The notes under the pieces: model-generated
Told to the model about the DNA's origin: nothing
Seen by the model: only the letters and a program-made list of their open reading frames with translations
Databases searched by the model: none
Translations under genes and position numbers: made by a program
Sequence record: OZ035747.1
Source: Vectrevirus T145P2
Strand: one strand, 5' to 3'
DNA length: 45,051 nucleotides
Shown: positions 44,903-45,051 of the stretch, piece after piece
Numbering within the stretch: position 1 is the stretch's first letter
Layout: each line of letters begins with the position of its first letter

Positions 44903-45051
44903 ATGATTAACTCCGAACTGGTAGATAGTGGTGTGAAGCTTGCGCCACCTGCACTCGTATCAGGTGGGTACTTCCTCGGTATCAGTTGGGATAATTGGGT
45001 GTTAATAGCAACATTCATTTATACCGTGTTGCAAATTGGGGACTGGTTTTA
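44903..45051 (+). CDS. class II holin (T7 gp17.5-like), 3-prime partial at window end
   Basis: AAGGGGG then ATG 44903; GYFLGISWDNWVLIATFIYTVLQIGDWF parallels T7 gp17.5; ORF runs off the window. Confidence 0.7.
   Translation, partial: MINSELVDSGVKLAPPALVSGGYFLGISWDNWVLIATFIYTVLQIGDWF

Noticed and set aside
1-45051. Integrase, repressor or other lysogeny functions; tRNA genes
   Set aside because: No recombinase or repressor-like ORF was seen and gene content matches a strictly lytic T7-like phage; tRNAs cannot be excluded by eye but none was evident in the few intergenic gaps

Overview
The window reads as an essentially complete, circularly permuted genome of a T7-supergroup podophage with SP6/K1-5/K1E-like organisation (identification from memory of gene order and motifs, not a database search). 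All convincing genes are on the + strand. Order in window coordinates: holin C-terminus (1..46), small terminase, an HNH endonuclease, large terminase, a tandem paralog pair, an M15 peptidase endolysin with small membrane/lipoprotein lysis genes, two tailspikes (a beta-helix lyase-like depolymerase and an 811-aa endosialidase with C-terminal chaperone domain), a ~1 kb non-coding terminal region rich in CTTAGT repeats, host-promoter-driven early genes including an Ocr homolog, single-subunit RNAP, gp1.1-like protein, primase-helicase, DNA polymerase, exonuclease, endonuclease VII, phosphoesterase, ligase, GNAT acetyltransferase, then portal, scaffold, capsid, tail tubular A/B, three internal virion proteins, tailspike adaptor and the holin N-terminus. 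Thirteen copies of an SP6-like phage promoter (consensus ATTTACTGGACACTATAGAAG), four hairpin/U-tract terminators, five copies of a 16-bp palindrome and five copies of a 13-mer inside early-region hairpins were read directly from the sequence. I found no self-contained defence island, CRISPR array or integrase; the points most worth follow-up are the dual tailspike module, the HNH gene between the terminase subunits, the unexplained paralog pair, the repeated palindrome, and the uncharacterised early and replication-region small proteins. Functions are inferred from motifs I recognise; starts were chosen by RBS inspection and several differ from the supplied ORF track, which uses GTG/TTG extensions.
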